Source of the DNA: the human T2T-CHM13v2.0 reference genome, Homo sapiens
Reading direction: 5' to 3' (one strand)
DNA: 64,000 nt
NCBI RefSeq assembly: GCF_009914755.1
Contig: NC_060933.1
Shown: positions 14,576-28,061 of the stretch, piece by piece
Layout: the number at the start of each line of letters is the position of its first letter
How positions within the stretch are numbered: the stretch's first letter is position 1
Notes under the pieces: generated by a model
Told to the model about the DNA's origin: nothing
The model's database searches: none
The model's input: the letters and a program-made list of their open reading frames with translations, nothing else
Program-made: the position numbers and the translations under genes

Positions 14576-16149
14576 AGTCCCCATCTTGTAACCCAGTTCT
14601 ATGTCTTATCATCTCCTCTAGGTTGGAGGGCTGTCCTGCTCATGGAGAGGCCAGGTAGCTGTGGTCTGCAAGCTGGGAGTTTCCAACGTTGTGCTTGTTC
14701 CTGCAGCTCCTCAGGGAATTCTGAGGGACAGGTGGTTCCAAGTGACACTGAGAATCAGTGGAATCAGCTGGATTCCTCTCTGGGCAGGGGATTTCCCTGG
14801 GACCTCAGCCTCTCATGCCTGGACAAAGCGTCCATCTTCAGATCCTTCCATCCCTTCCCACCTCCCTCCATCCCTCTGATCATTGAGCAGATTTCTAATG
14901 AAGACTGTGAAATGATAGGCACAGGGAAAAAGAAAAGTCCAGGTTCTGTCCTTAAGAAGCTCACAGCCCAGCTGGAGAGACAAACATTTATAAACACCAC
15001 CACCCCCCCCAAATCTGCAAAACCCTAAGAGAGAGACAGGCAGAGTGGAGTGGGACACTGGGCTGTGCACAAGCTCTGCTAGAATTAAACAAGGGGAAGT
15101 GATAGGCTTTCTAGGGCCCTACTTTAGCAGCCCCCTAGGAGCAGGCAGGAAAGGCTTCCTGAAGGAGGCAGCATTTAAGCTGGGTCTTAAAGAATGGGCA
15201 GCACTTGATACACTGGGTATAGGAAGAATGGGATGTTTTGGGTGGTAGGAACAGTGTAAGAAAAGGTGGGAATGCAAGAAAGACCAGGAATGACAAGTAA
15301 TCAGGGGACTCAACTTGGGGAGTGGGAGGAGACAGGGCAGGACTAACCACAAAGAACACTTAGTTAGCACTAACTGTGTGCCAGACACAGCTCTAATCCT
15401 TTTTCAGTCTTTCCATCCACACAACAAACCAATGAAAGCAGTCCTATTACTACCTTGATTATGCAGATGATGAAACTGAGGCTCAGGGAGGCAGCACATG
15501 GCTCTAACTAATAGAGAATGTGCTCCTCAATGTTCAGGAAAGCAAGCTCAAGCCCAGAGAATCTAAGTGACTGGTCCAAGGTCTCCACAGCTGTCCTGGG
15601 CACCCTGAGGGCATGAGGCCAGGCTCCCACAGCACACTGAGCCATGCTGGCTTTCAGGTGTGTGGTTAGGTTTGTGGTTAGGTTTGCACCAGAGCACATG
15701 GCTGCTTTTCTGGTCTCCTCTTCCTGTTGCATCCACCCACAATCAGTGTGGCCTGCTCCGGCCACAAGGAATGACTCAGCACTCCCCAAGCCCACATACT
15801 TTCCCACCTCCCGCTTTTGCACGCCCAGTTTCCTCTGCAGCGGCGCTCTCCCCCATGTCTCCAGCTGTCCAACGCCCTCTCCTCCTTCAGCAGCCAGCTT
15901 CATGCACCTACCATAGCACCTGCCCTGGGGCTTCCTTGACCCGGGGCTAAGTGAGGGGCCCTCGCCCGGGCCCCACCTCTCTTTCATCACACCTGCCATA
16001 GCTTGTGCCCACCACCCCTCGTGGCTGCAAGCTTGGGCTCCACCCCAGCACCCCATGCATGCAGCACCAGACACAGAGGAAGTCCTCAGCCAGTGCAAGT
16101 GGAATGAAACAGATCCTCTATGTGGTCAGGCTCCTGCTCACCCTGTCAC

Positions 16150-16820
16150 TCACTCTCTTCACCCTGGCTCCCCACCCATCATGCTCCAGCCCCATTTCCC
16201 TGTTTTCTGTTCCACGAATACACCAGGTCCTTTCCTATCACAAGCTGCCTTCCTCCGTTTACTATTCCATTCACTGACATGGAATGCGCTTCACCCAGTG
16301 GTCTCCTTCTCACCCTTTGGGTCTCAGCTTGAATGTCACCTCCTCCAAGAGACCTTTTCTGACTACCCCAAGGCAGTCACTATATATCTCATCACCCTGT
16401 TTCCTTCTGTCATCGCCAAGTTTCCTTACTACAGTCTTATCTTAAGGGCCAGACTGCTTGAGTTAAAATCCTGGCCCTACTACTTACTAGCTGTGAGTCC
16501 TTGTGCAAGTTAGATAGCTTTTCTGTGCCTCAGTTCCATTATCTATAAAATGGGGATAAGGTACCTAAAGCATAGAGCGGATTTAAAAATTAAAAGAGTT
16601 CACGCAGAAAAATACTAAGAACAGTGTCTAGCACATGGCAGACCCTCCATATACAACCTTAATAATATTATTATTTAATTACTTACTTGCTTCTTGCCTG
16701 TCTTCCTCCTAGAATGTAAGCTCCAGAATAATGTGAACCATACCTATCCTGTTCAGCATTGTATCCCCAGTGTGCCTACCAAAATCCAGGCACAGAGTAA
16801 GTTGCCTAAAATATTTGTTG
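16150..16820 (+). mobile_element. L2 3' end interrupted by a MIR (~16440-16680)
   Basis: L2 motifs tctcagcttgaatgtcacctcctc, ctagaatgtaagctcc and ggcacagagtaag...aaatatttgttg; MIR core ctgtgcctcagttccattatctataaaatgggg. Confidence 0.75.
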
Positions 16821-17214
16821 GATGGATGGATGGATGGATGGATGGATGGATGGATGGATGGATGGATAGGTGAATGGGTGGGTGGATGTATGGATGGATG
16901 GATGTATGGGTGGATGGATGGATGGATGGACAGACGGATGGAAAGATGGATGGAAAGGTGGATGGATGGACAGATGGATGGATGGATAGGTGAATGTGTG
17001 GATGGATGGATAGCTGAACGGGTGGATGGGTGGATGCATGGATGGATGGATGGATGGATGGATGGTTAGGCGAATGGATGGGTGAACATATGGATGGATG
17101 GATAGGTGAATGGATGGATGGATGGATGGATGGATGGATGGTTAGGCGAATGGATGGGTGAACATATGGATGGATGGATAGGTGAATGGATGGATGGATG
17201 GATGGATGGATGGA
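16819..17214. repeat. (GGAT)n tetranucleotide array, ~396 bp, with an internal 76-bp duplication
   Basis: Directly visible; marker gttaggcgaatggatgggtgaacatat occurs at 17065 and 17141. Confidence 0.97.
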
Positions 17215-17914
17215 GCAAAAAAGTAAACATGTGTATGGGCCACCACTCACCCCTGGTGGTCATATAGTTCTACACTCTTCTTTCCCATCCCAAATAACAG
17301 CTAACACTGGAAAGTCTCACCTACAATAGACTGTATATATGTTGGTGGAGCATTCAATGATGTATAAAATCTGCCAGGGCAAAGAGTGAATAACTGGCAA
17401 GGAGACCAGGAAAGACTTAACCGAGGACAAAGGCAGTCGTAGATAACAAAAGAGAATCTCAGTGGGAAAGGGAGACTTGGCAGAGAATTGATGAGGAGTC
17501 ATCTGGTTAAGGGAAGGGTGAGAGCAGGGCTCTGAGGCCCAAAGGTCCAGGGCGCATGTGCGGAAAGGCAGGGTGTCTGGCAAGGCTGTGCTGTGGAGCA
17601 AGTGGAAGGAGCAGGAGATAACACTGGGCAGGCAGGTTGGACTGGCATCAATGGCTCTGAAAGCTGGGCTAGGGAGTCAGTGGTGAGCCCTGAAGCCTTC
17701 AAATACATGGTGATAGCATCAGGGCTGCCCTTTAGAGACCTACTGTGGGGGCCATGCCAAGTCAGGCCAGCAGTGAAAGGCTGTGCTATCACCCAGGAGA
17801 AAGTCCAGGAGGCCTGACCCAGGCAACATAGAAACCACATTGTACAAGGAATAATTCCTGCAAAAGACTGAGGGCCAACCAAAGACACCTCCCCACAAAA
17901 GAAGGTAGCTCAGA

Positions 17915-17920
17915 CCTTAC
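17915..17920 (-). promoter_or_regulatory. GABBR2: 5' splice donor of GABBR2 intron 2
   Basis: Minus strand CAG|GTAAGG, close to consensus. Confidence 0.95.
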
Positions 17921-18058
17921 CTGCACCAGATTCCAGCCTTGGAGGGACTCTGCAATGATGGATGTGACGGATGGACAGACGCCTCCAAACACCATCAAGT
18001 GGTTCGGCCCGTATTTTATTGCATCGTAGAAGGCTTTCAACCCTTTTGCGTTGTCGCA
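17921..18058 (-). CDS. GABBR2: Internal coding exon (exon 2, about residues C108-Q153) of GABA-B receptor subunit 2, Venus flytrap domain
   Basis: Minus strand reads [46 protein letters not shown], matching GABBR2 as I recall it. It is 138 nt (46 whole codons), preceded by ...ctttctttctatgtgttgcttcccAG and followed by GTaagg. It overlaps track ORF 17789..18040. Confidence 0.98.
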
Positions 18059-18097
18059 CTGGGAAGCAACACATAGAAAGAAAGGTCCAAATTAGAA
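18059..18097 (-). promoter_or_regulatory. GABBR2: 3' splice site of GABBR2 intron 1: branch point, polypyrimidine tract and AG
   Basis: Minus strand ttctaAt (branch-like A near 18092), then tggacctttctttctatgtgttgcttcccag, with AG at 18060-18059. Confidence 0.85.
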
Positions 18098-18397
18098 ACA
18101 GCTTTTCCCCAGGGGCATGAGCCCAACAGACAAATCTTTCCTCGTGGAAACCTTCTGGGTTTCAGTTCTCCCATGGTGGGGAGTCTCCTTAAGCCAGCCC
18201 TGAGTCCACGCTGTAAGCTCCAGGAGTGTGGTCTTGGCACCCACTATCCTGTCTCTGCTCCCGCTAAGTGCCCTCCAAATCTAGGACCTCTCTCCAGCAC
18301 CCCAGCTATCTCCCTTTAGAGCACACTTAGGAAAAGTCCCATAATGCCTCGCCCTGGGATCTCACTTTTTCATGGCCATTTATATTTTAAGGATGAT

Positions 18398-19137
18398 CCC
18401 ACACTCATTAAAATGGCTATCATTAAAAAAACACACAGAAAACAACAAGTATTGGCAAGGGTGTGGAGAAACTGGAACTGCTGTGCCCTATTAGTGGGAA
18501 TGTAAGATGGTGCAGCTGCTGTGGAAACAGTATAGTGGTTCCTGGAGAAGTTAAACACAGAATTGCCATATGATCTAGCAATTCCACCTCTAGACGTATA
18601 CCCAAAACAACCGAAGGCAGGGACTTGAAGAGATAGTTGTACACCCATGTTCATAGCAGTATCATTCACGATAGCCAACAGATGGAAACAACATGAATGC
18701 CCATCAACAGGTGAATGGATAATGGAACAGTAGTGTATCCATGCAGTGGAATATTTCCAGCCTGGAAAAGGAAGGAAATTCGGACACACGCTACAACGTG
18801 GATGAACCTTGAGGACATTATGCTAAATAGAATAAGCCATACAAAAAGACAGCTATTATATGATCCCACTCATATGAGGTTATCTACAGTAGTTAAATTC
18901 ATAGAGAAAGAAAGTAGAAATGGTGGTTGCCCGGGGCTGGGGGGAGCAGGGAAGGGGTCTTCATTGTTTGACAGGCTCAGAGTTTCAGTGGGGATGATGG
19001 AAGTGTGTTGGAGGTGGATGATGGTGATGGTAGCTCAGCAATGTAGATGTACTTAATGCCACTGAACTGTACACATAAAAATGGTTAAAATGGCAAATTT
19101 TAGGTTATGTATATTTTTACCACAGTCTTAAAAAAAT
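18398..19137 (+). mobile_element. L1MB-like 3' fragment (ORF2 end plus 3'UTR)
   Basis: acaacaagtattggcaagggtgtggagaaactggaac...gatctagcaattccac...gtacttaatgccactgaactgtacac...aaatggttaaaatggcaaatttt. Confidence 0.9.
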
Positions 19138-20089
19138 GATGATGAGGATAAATCTAAAGAGAAGATTCATTCAGCAAACACTTGCCAAGGACTACTCTGT
19201 GTTCAGTCCAGGGCTGGACGTTGAGGAAACATAAAAATTGGATGCAGCCCCTGCCAAGGAGCTTCCGTATTAGAGAGAAAAGTTGGCCAAGGAAACAGTT
19301 CACGGCGACCCAGCATAGGAATGGAAAGAGGCCAGGGGCCCACGACGAGTATCAGGATTCAGTTCTGGCTCACTCAGCGCCTTTCCATCCCCACCTCCCT
19401 CAGTCAAACCCTGTGGTCATCTCTCCCCTGGACAGTGGCTTTGGCTTCTACTGGGTGTCTTACCTCCCCATGGGCAAGTTCAACCCCTCCACCATCTAGC
19501 TGTCTGAGGGTCCTTTGTCAAACATCAATGAATTCTTCTCACTCTTCCTGCTTTCCATGCACTTAAAACCCAAACTCCTATCACAATATAACTCTCGAAA
19601 GGTTAAAAACATAATTCTCATGAAAATCGATAGTGAACACATGTCAAAGTTTTATTTAACTCATTAATAAGGAGATCTGCAGGATGGCAAAGTGGATTCA
19701 AAAGAGAATTTAAGGAACCGGGACTGAAAAAAGGAATAAGATAAGAGTGCCAAATTAGATACAAAACTGGTTAATGTCCTACAGGGCAATAAAACCACAA
19801 CCTTTGGGGATAGAAAGAAAATCACTGAAAATCAGCATATCTTATCTGTTTTAGAGGATTGCAAAATGTTTAGGTCTTAATTGATTGAGCAAAGTTCTAT
19901 TCCCGCAGTCAGATGACCCTTAGGCAGGACTGTTGGAAAATGCTCTAAGTATGAGGGTAAAGGGTCACAGAATCACATCTTTGTATTATGTACAGGTTTG
20001 GGGTCATTTTCTTAAGACTCCTTATCACAATGGAAGCCACTCAGTCCAGCTGCTGACTCCCAATCTGGCCTGAGTTCCCTTTTCTCTTC

Positions 20090-20490
20090 CCTTTGCTCAC
20101 CAAGTGAAGCCCTACCAACCTCCTTCCAGTTCCCTGAAATCAAAAGCATTTTCCTTCCCACCTCTGGGCCTTTGCACTTGCTGTTTTCTCTGCTGGGAAC
20201 ACAATTTCCTTGGTTCTCAGCATGGCTCACTCCTTCCCATCAATCAGGTCACCCTCCCCAAAATATTTCCCACCCCCATTCCCTCCCTGACATGCCACCC
20301 TATTTAATGCCCTAACATAGTTCCTAAAATTATCTGAAATCATCTTGTCTACTTTTTGTTCACTTGTAGATTGACTGATTTCCTAACTAGAATGAAAGCC
20401 CCAGGTGGGCAAGGATTTTGTCATCGTTTTCACTGCTGTCTCCCCAGAGCTTGGAGAGGGGCCTCAGTAAAGATTCAGTAAGATCTGTTG
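20090..20490 (+). mobile_element. L2 3' fragment
   Basis: ggcctttgcacttgctgtt...ctagaatgaaagccccagg...ttcactgctgtctccccag. Confidence 0.7.
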
Positions 20491-20491
20491 G

Positions 20492-20784
20492 GGCCAGGCG
20501 CGAAGGCTCACGCCCGTAATCCTAGCACTTTGGGAGGCTGAGGCAGGCAGATCAGTTGAGGTCAGGAGTTTGAGAACAGCCTGGACAACATGGCGAAACC
20601 CCGTCTCTATTAAAAATACAAAAATTAGCCAGGCATGGTGGCATGCACCTGTAAACCCGGCTACTCAGAAGGCTGAGGCAGGAGAATCGCTTGAACCTGG
20701 GAGGCGGAGGTTGCAGTGAGCCGAGATCGCGCCCTGCACTCCAGCTTGACAGAGCAAGGCTCCATCTCAAAACAAAACAAACAA
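20492..20784 (+). mobile_element. Alu (AluSx-like) with TSD ATCTGTTGG
   Basis: Full dimer; TSD at 20483-20491 and 20785-20793. Confidence 0.95.
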
Positions 20785-22017
20785 ATCTGTTGGACACTCT
20801 CCCTTCATCTGCTCTCCTCCTCCTTGCTCTACACTTCCACGTTCTCTCCTTATTTTTGTCTTTCTCTCCATTCTGTGTCCTCCTCATTTTTTTCTGCTTG
20901 TTCTCCACCTTCCCCTTAAGTGACCGCTATATGGGAGCAGAGTGAACTAGGATTTCTTGCTCCCTCTTCATTTATTTGAGAAACTCCTCTGATCTGTGAC
21001 CCATGTCTGTGCCAACAGGGACAGAGGACTCAGTCCGACATGGTTCCTGGGCCTCGGGGAGCTCACCGATGGTGGAGGCAGTGAGGCCGGGGCACGCAGT
21101 CACCTCCCGTGGGGGATGGTGGCCGGTGCTGTGGGACAGAGGCAGATCCAGGCTGTGGGCACTGCAGGGAAAGCCAGGGAGGGCTCTGGAAGAGGGAACA
21201 CTTGAGACGGGAATCGTAGGCGGAAAAGCAGCACGAATACAGGCAAGGAGGTGGAAAAGTGAGACGGGAACAGAAACAACCCAGCTTGCTTCAACAGTGA
21301 GTGACAAGGATGAGGTGGCCAGGGAGAAGGCTTAGAGCTCTCAACATCAGGGTAGGGAGTTTGAATACTACAGATTTTCGGTAAATAATTCAATTTAAAA
21401 TTTTTAATTTAATTTAAAAACTGGCCAAGTTAATTTATTTCCCCAAGAAAGAAAGAGAGAAAGGAAGGAGGAAAGGAAGGAAGAGAGGGAGGGAGGGAGG
21501 GAGGAAAGATTAAGTTCTTACTGCTTCTGGGGCCCTCTATTAATTATCCCTGTTCCTTGATTGAAAGCAACACTTCTCACCCCCAACAGAGCACGAGCAG
21601 ATAATAACAGAGTAGTTCATGTTTTAATTGTTTCTACCATGATTTTTTTTTTTGGAATCTACCATGATTTACTGAATCATTTATAGTTTTAATACATTTC
21701 TGTAATGACTTTGGCTTTTTTTCTAATCTGTAGCTAATGACAACGATACTACAGTACCACAGGATTTATAATCAAAGTTGCATTAAATAATATTAGCAAC
21801 AATGAATTTATTAATACATGCTTGCTTAGCAAACACTTTCTGAATATCCAGCCCATGCAAGATTCTGTATTAGTAATGATGTCACGGCTTCTCACAAATA
21901 CAAAACACTGGGATATGTCAACTAAAATATCTGAGACTATTTGACAACCAGTATTGGAGCTGGAGAATCTTACAACGTTCCCAAATATTTATCTGACTGA
22001 ATTTTCACCAGAGTGGG

Positions 22018-22566
22018 TGTGGCGGGCAAAGCTTTGGCCCCATTGACCTTCACCCCTTGGAATTACCTCCATGAATATTTTATGTTACATGGCAAAAGGG
22101 ACTTTGTAGATGTCATGAAGGTTACTAATCAGTTGACCTTAAATTATGATACAGGTAAGCCCAGTGTAGTCACATAAGTCCTTAAAAGCAGATCTTTCTT
22201 TACCTAATAGCAGAGGGGAGATCAGAGATTGGAAGCATGAGATGGATTTGATATGCCATTGTTGGTTTGAAGATGAAGAGGTCCACGTGTCAAGAAAGCA
22301 GGGACCTCTGTTCTACAATTGCAAGAAACTGAACTCTGCCAATAACCAGAATGAGCCTGGAAGCAAATCTTCCCCAGTTGAGCCTCCAGATACGAACCCA
22401 GCCCAGATGACACTTTGATTTTGGTCATATGAAGCCCTGAGCAAGGGACCCAGGGGAGCCACACTGTGTCCAGACTTCTGGCATAGAACTGTCAGACAAT
22501 AAATAGGTGTGGTTTACATCACCAAATTTGTGGTGATCAGTTACAGCAGCATAGAAAGCAAATACA
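22018..22566 (+). mobile_element. ERVL-MaLR LTR (MLT1D/E-like)
   Basis: tgtggcgggc...tatgttacatggcaaaagggactttgtagatg...gttacagcagcatagaaagcaaataca, with TG...CA termini. Confidence 0.85.
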
Positions 22567-25168
22567 CTCAGGTAAAATGTGAAAAATAAGAATGACACAG
22601 TATGGTTTTCCTTAAAGTTAATTCCATTTGAAAAATGATCCTTAATTTACAGACAAGGTCCTTTGTAGTTGAATGGTGTTGAAATATTTTTCTGTTACAA
22701 AAGGATAGAAATGAGAGAGGTCTTGTTTTTAATGTCCTGACATGATAAAATAGAAAAAATTTTCACACTATGTAAGTTTCTGTTCCACGGCCCTCCCCTT
22801 CTTGGTGTGTGAAATCCCAACATCTAGGCATTGCTAATCTAGCCCCACACTCTCATTTTCAGATGCAGAGACTGAGGACTAGAGAGAAGGGATTTGTCCA
22901 CTGTCTTGCCAGGATTAGGAGAGGGATTTCTGGATTCCCAGTCTCTCAGCATTCCAATAGTCTAGAGACTCAACCGAAGAGAAGGTTAAAGCTAACAGCA
23001 TTCTAGAAAAAAAGACCATTTCCCCCAGGATAATGCCGCAAGCCCAGGTCTCCTCCAGATCAGAGCTCTTGGCTAAAAGCAAGAGAAACAACGTACTGGG
23101 CACCAAGCATGCTTCCCTGGCTCCCCTAAAGGGAGCAACTTTGCAGTGAATAACAAAATAAATCACATGGATATATCTGTCCCATTTTCGATGCTATTTT
23201 CCCTTATCCTAATTTCTAATGCTGTGTCTTCTTACCTGACATGATTCGCGTCCCAAATAGATGGACTTTCCAGCTCACCAAAGGTGAATTTTGGGGGCTG
23301 GATCAGCTTAGAGTTTTTTACAGTCAGCCCCTCAGGGGCGTAAAGCCCAGCAGATAGGGCAGTGAAAGAAGCACTGAGCTCCTCACCTTCACTTCAACCA
23401 GCAGCTCCTCTCCCAACTGCCTCAGCTGCAGCATCAGAGCTCCACAGAACACTTAATTTTAAAGCAGGCTTCATTGCTAGCAGCAAAAATGTTTGAAAAC
23501 CACCAATATGACCCTGGAGGTCCTTACAGAGTATAGTGTTTGTCTCTGGCCTCAGGAAGGGTGGGTGAATGTCTCATAAGCAAGGCGTTTTGGCATATAC
23601 GCTATAGGCTACTCACTCCAAGTTAATCCACTGTGCATGAATGTACCTGATGATCAAGTCACCAAATCACTGGGGAACTTCTCTAGGTTTTAGTTTCCTG
23701 AAGGACTCCTTGCAGACACATTGCCACAGCCATTTCACAGGATCTGTCCTTCCAGCTCAGGTGAAAGTCAATGTTATGCGTATTTCACATTTTCCCTTCT
23801 CAAATGCTGCACGTGAAGATGTCCCCCTAAAGGGCTGTTGATTACCCTTCTCTTCCTGTGGACCAGCCCTGGCCTGAGCCAGGAACATGCCAGAAGCTTT
23901 TCAATACCCCATTTAAGTTGTCTGTCTGACAGCTTTTAGTGAGATGTTCACTGGGCAAAACCATCATTCTGAGAAGTTATTTACAGCAAGTTGTCTTTCT
24001 GTGATTTGGTTTTTGATGAATTGCTCTCAGAGCCACTCTAAGTGGGGGTCTGTGTCCTGGAAGAAAGCTATGGGCTTTATCATGCTCTCCTTTCCCCCCA
24101 CCACACCTCCCCCACCGGAAACCCCACTCACTTCTAGAGGATATTCTGACTGGTTGGCATGGCCACAACTTGACCAGCAGGCAGGAAGTAATTAATCACA
24201 GTTCAAACTGTCATGCAATAACTCAAAGCTTCATGACTGGCCTAGCCTCTGTCTTCAGTCTTGCCACCTGGAGATTGGCTCTAGCACATAGTAGGTGCTC
24301 AATAAATGCTGCCTTCCCTCCCTCCCTCTTCTCTCTGGTATTTGTTATTACCTTCCTTTGACTCCTCCTCTACTGTAGCTCATGGTCACCACCTCACATC
24401 TCCTGTCTGCTGTTCCACTGCCAAGGGCTTCTCCTTCCCTATAAGGACTTGTCACAGAGAAATCACCATTGGCACATATAGGCTCTTAAAATTCAGCACT
24501 TAAACATGGGAACAGATCCAAAAGCCATGAAAATCAATTTTCAAATGAAAAAGTGAGGCTCCAGATGAAATCCATTTTCATTTAAATCTCATTTTTAAAG
24601 AATTAAAATACTTTTTTGATTTAAAAATTTCAAAGAAAATGTTGCTGAGAGTTAAAATGTAAAAATGCCAAGAAAATGTCAGAGTTAATAACAACCCATC
24701 TGAAACTGGGAATTACTCCATGCAGAATTTCAGAATGGAAAGAGAATTTAAAAGCTAATGTGTCCAACCTGCCCCCGTTAGAAAGTCCCCTCTGGGTCTC
24801 CCACGCAGGAGCACTCAGTATCTGCTCACGTCTGTCCGTCCAGTGCCAGGGGTCTCACTCTCTCACTAGGGAGCTAATTTGTCCTCGGCCAGCTCTGCTT
24901 CTCAGAAAATTCTTCCTATCATTGGCCTGGAAATCAGATAGCTAAGCTCCGCAGAGTGACTCCGAGAGATGTCTTCAGGCTAAACTACCCTTAGCACTTC
25001 CAATCATCCCCATACAGGATAGTTTTACAGCCTGCTTATCTACGAGTCATTTCACAAACAGCCTTTGGAGGACAGATTTTTTGGGCATGTAGCACCTAGA
25101 ATGGTCCCCCAAATACCTCCATCTACCCTGCCCAGAAAAGCGACACTAGCTAACGTATACTGTGCCCT

Positions 25169-25627
25169 CAGCACTATTCACAATTAGCAAAGACTTGGAA
25201 CCAACCTAAATGTCCAACAACGATAGACTGGATTAAGAAAATGTGGCACATATACACCATGGAATACTATGCAGCCATAAAAAATGATGAGTTCATGTCC
25301 TTTGTAGGGACATGGATGAAGCTGGAAACCATCATTCTCAGCAAACTATCGCAAGGACAAAAAACCAAACACCACATGTTCTCACTCATAGGTGGGAATT
25401 GAACAATGAGAACACATGGACACAGGAAGGGGAACATCACACACCGGGGACTGGCGTAGGGTGGGGGGAGTGGGGAGGGATAGCATTAGGAGATATACCT
25501 AATGCTAAACGATGAGTTAATGGGTGCAGCACACCAACATGGCACACATATACATATGTAACTAACCTGCACATTGTGCACATGTACCCTAAAACTTAAA
25601 GTATAATAATAATAAAATTAAAAAAAT
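25169..25627 (+). mobile_element. 5'-truncated L1PA (L1PA3-5-like) 3' end
   Basis: Near-consensus gcaaagacttggaaccaacc...ggagatatacctaatgctaaa...ccctaaaacttaaagtataataat. Confidence 0.95.
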
Positions 25628-25772
25628 ATATATGTGTTAGGCACAGTACTAAGAACTTGATGTCAAGGATTCAGGTAGTCTAACTTCAGAGCACGGTTTC
25701 ATTTTAAATAAGAATGTGCTGTGAAATATTTCACTCACAGAAAATATTCCATATACAATAACTTAAGTATGA

Positions 25773-26890
<1,118 letters not shown>

Positions 26891-28061
26891 AGCACTCCCA
26901 GCCACAATGCCAAGCTGAATGAAACAATCACCTCCCGCATTCTGAGTATTGACTTCTGTTAATGCGGCTTCAGTCTGCACACCTTCTATTGGGCTCCTAC
27001 ATCATACAGAGCTTGCTGTCAGTAAAAACTACTAAATCAGCACCTATTATCTTGGGTAGCAAAACACCGACAATCCTTCCTTGGTGCCCAGGGGAGAAAA
27101 AACCTACTGGATAAAATCCAGCCAACCAAAAGATGAATCAAAAATATAAATCTCAGGAATGGAGGAGGACTTGTGGTAAAAAAGGAGTGATAGTGAGAGC
27201 CAGACCCATTTAACATGAAACAACTGGCAATGTGAAGATAATAATGGAACATAAAATGCAGGAGGCAGAGGAGGGAAGAGAAGTTGTAAGATTGTTAATT
27301 TCCTCTTCTTCCATAGAAGGGCTTTAATCAATACCATCTAAAATTGAAAACTGTAGTTTAAAAGCCAGGATTTTAACCTCACTGCTTTTCATAATCTTTT
27401 ATTACCCTTGGAGAGACATTTTGGAAACCAATATTTTCTGTAGCAAAGGCAAAATTGTTTAATGGTGAGCAATTCCTTCTATTTTACTTTTCCTCATTTT
27501 CTTCTGTTATATGCAAATAAATAAAATTCAACAACGATCTAAAGTAGGATGTAATAATGATCTCATTTTATAAAATTATTTCTTTATAATATATGCATAG
27601 AGAGATGTCTGGAATGAGAATCATCGAATGTTAAAGGTTATGAGATTTCAGTGGTTTTTTGTTACTTGCTTCTTTTACTTAAATAAAAAAAATACAGATT
27701 ACTTTTATAAAGACAGAAAGTCATTTTTAAACTGGTAAGCTTTCCACACCCAGGGTGCTTTCTCAATCACTGAAGTTTCCCTCTTTCTGTTCATCTGTGG
27801 GTGATTTTCTGAACCTAAGAACAGACTTTAACATTTATCATTGCTAAATCATGTTCAAAATTAGCCCAGCACCATATCCAACTGAATTAAATATACACTA
27901 TATTGTTTTGTCATTGCAACTAATTCATTGAAACATTTTCAGTCACCTACTAAGTACTAGGAGCTGTCCAGGAAACAGTAAGTTCATGTGACCTCTAAAA
28001 ATTCTTTGAACAGAACAGGTACCCAAGAAACATTTACTGAAGTGTTAAATTTAGAAACAAG

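Noticed and set aside
15508-16098. 196-aa minus-strand ORF
   Set aside because: No recognisable homology or convincing splice sites; expected by chance in GC-rich intron.
16753-17263. IHPS and MDGW repeat ORFs up to 165 aa
   Set aside because: Translations of the (GGAT)n array; no splice or promoter support.
17789-17920. Extension of the GABBR2 ORF past WNLVQ (VRSELPSF...)
   Set aside because: Read-through into intron 2 beyond a strong GTAAGG donor. The track's initial M is a TTG Leu codon.
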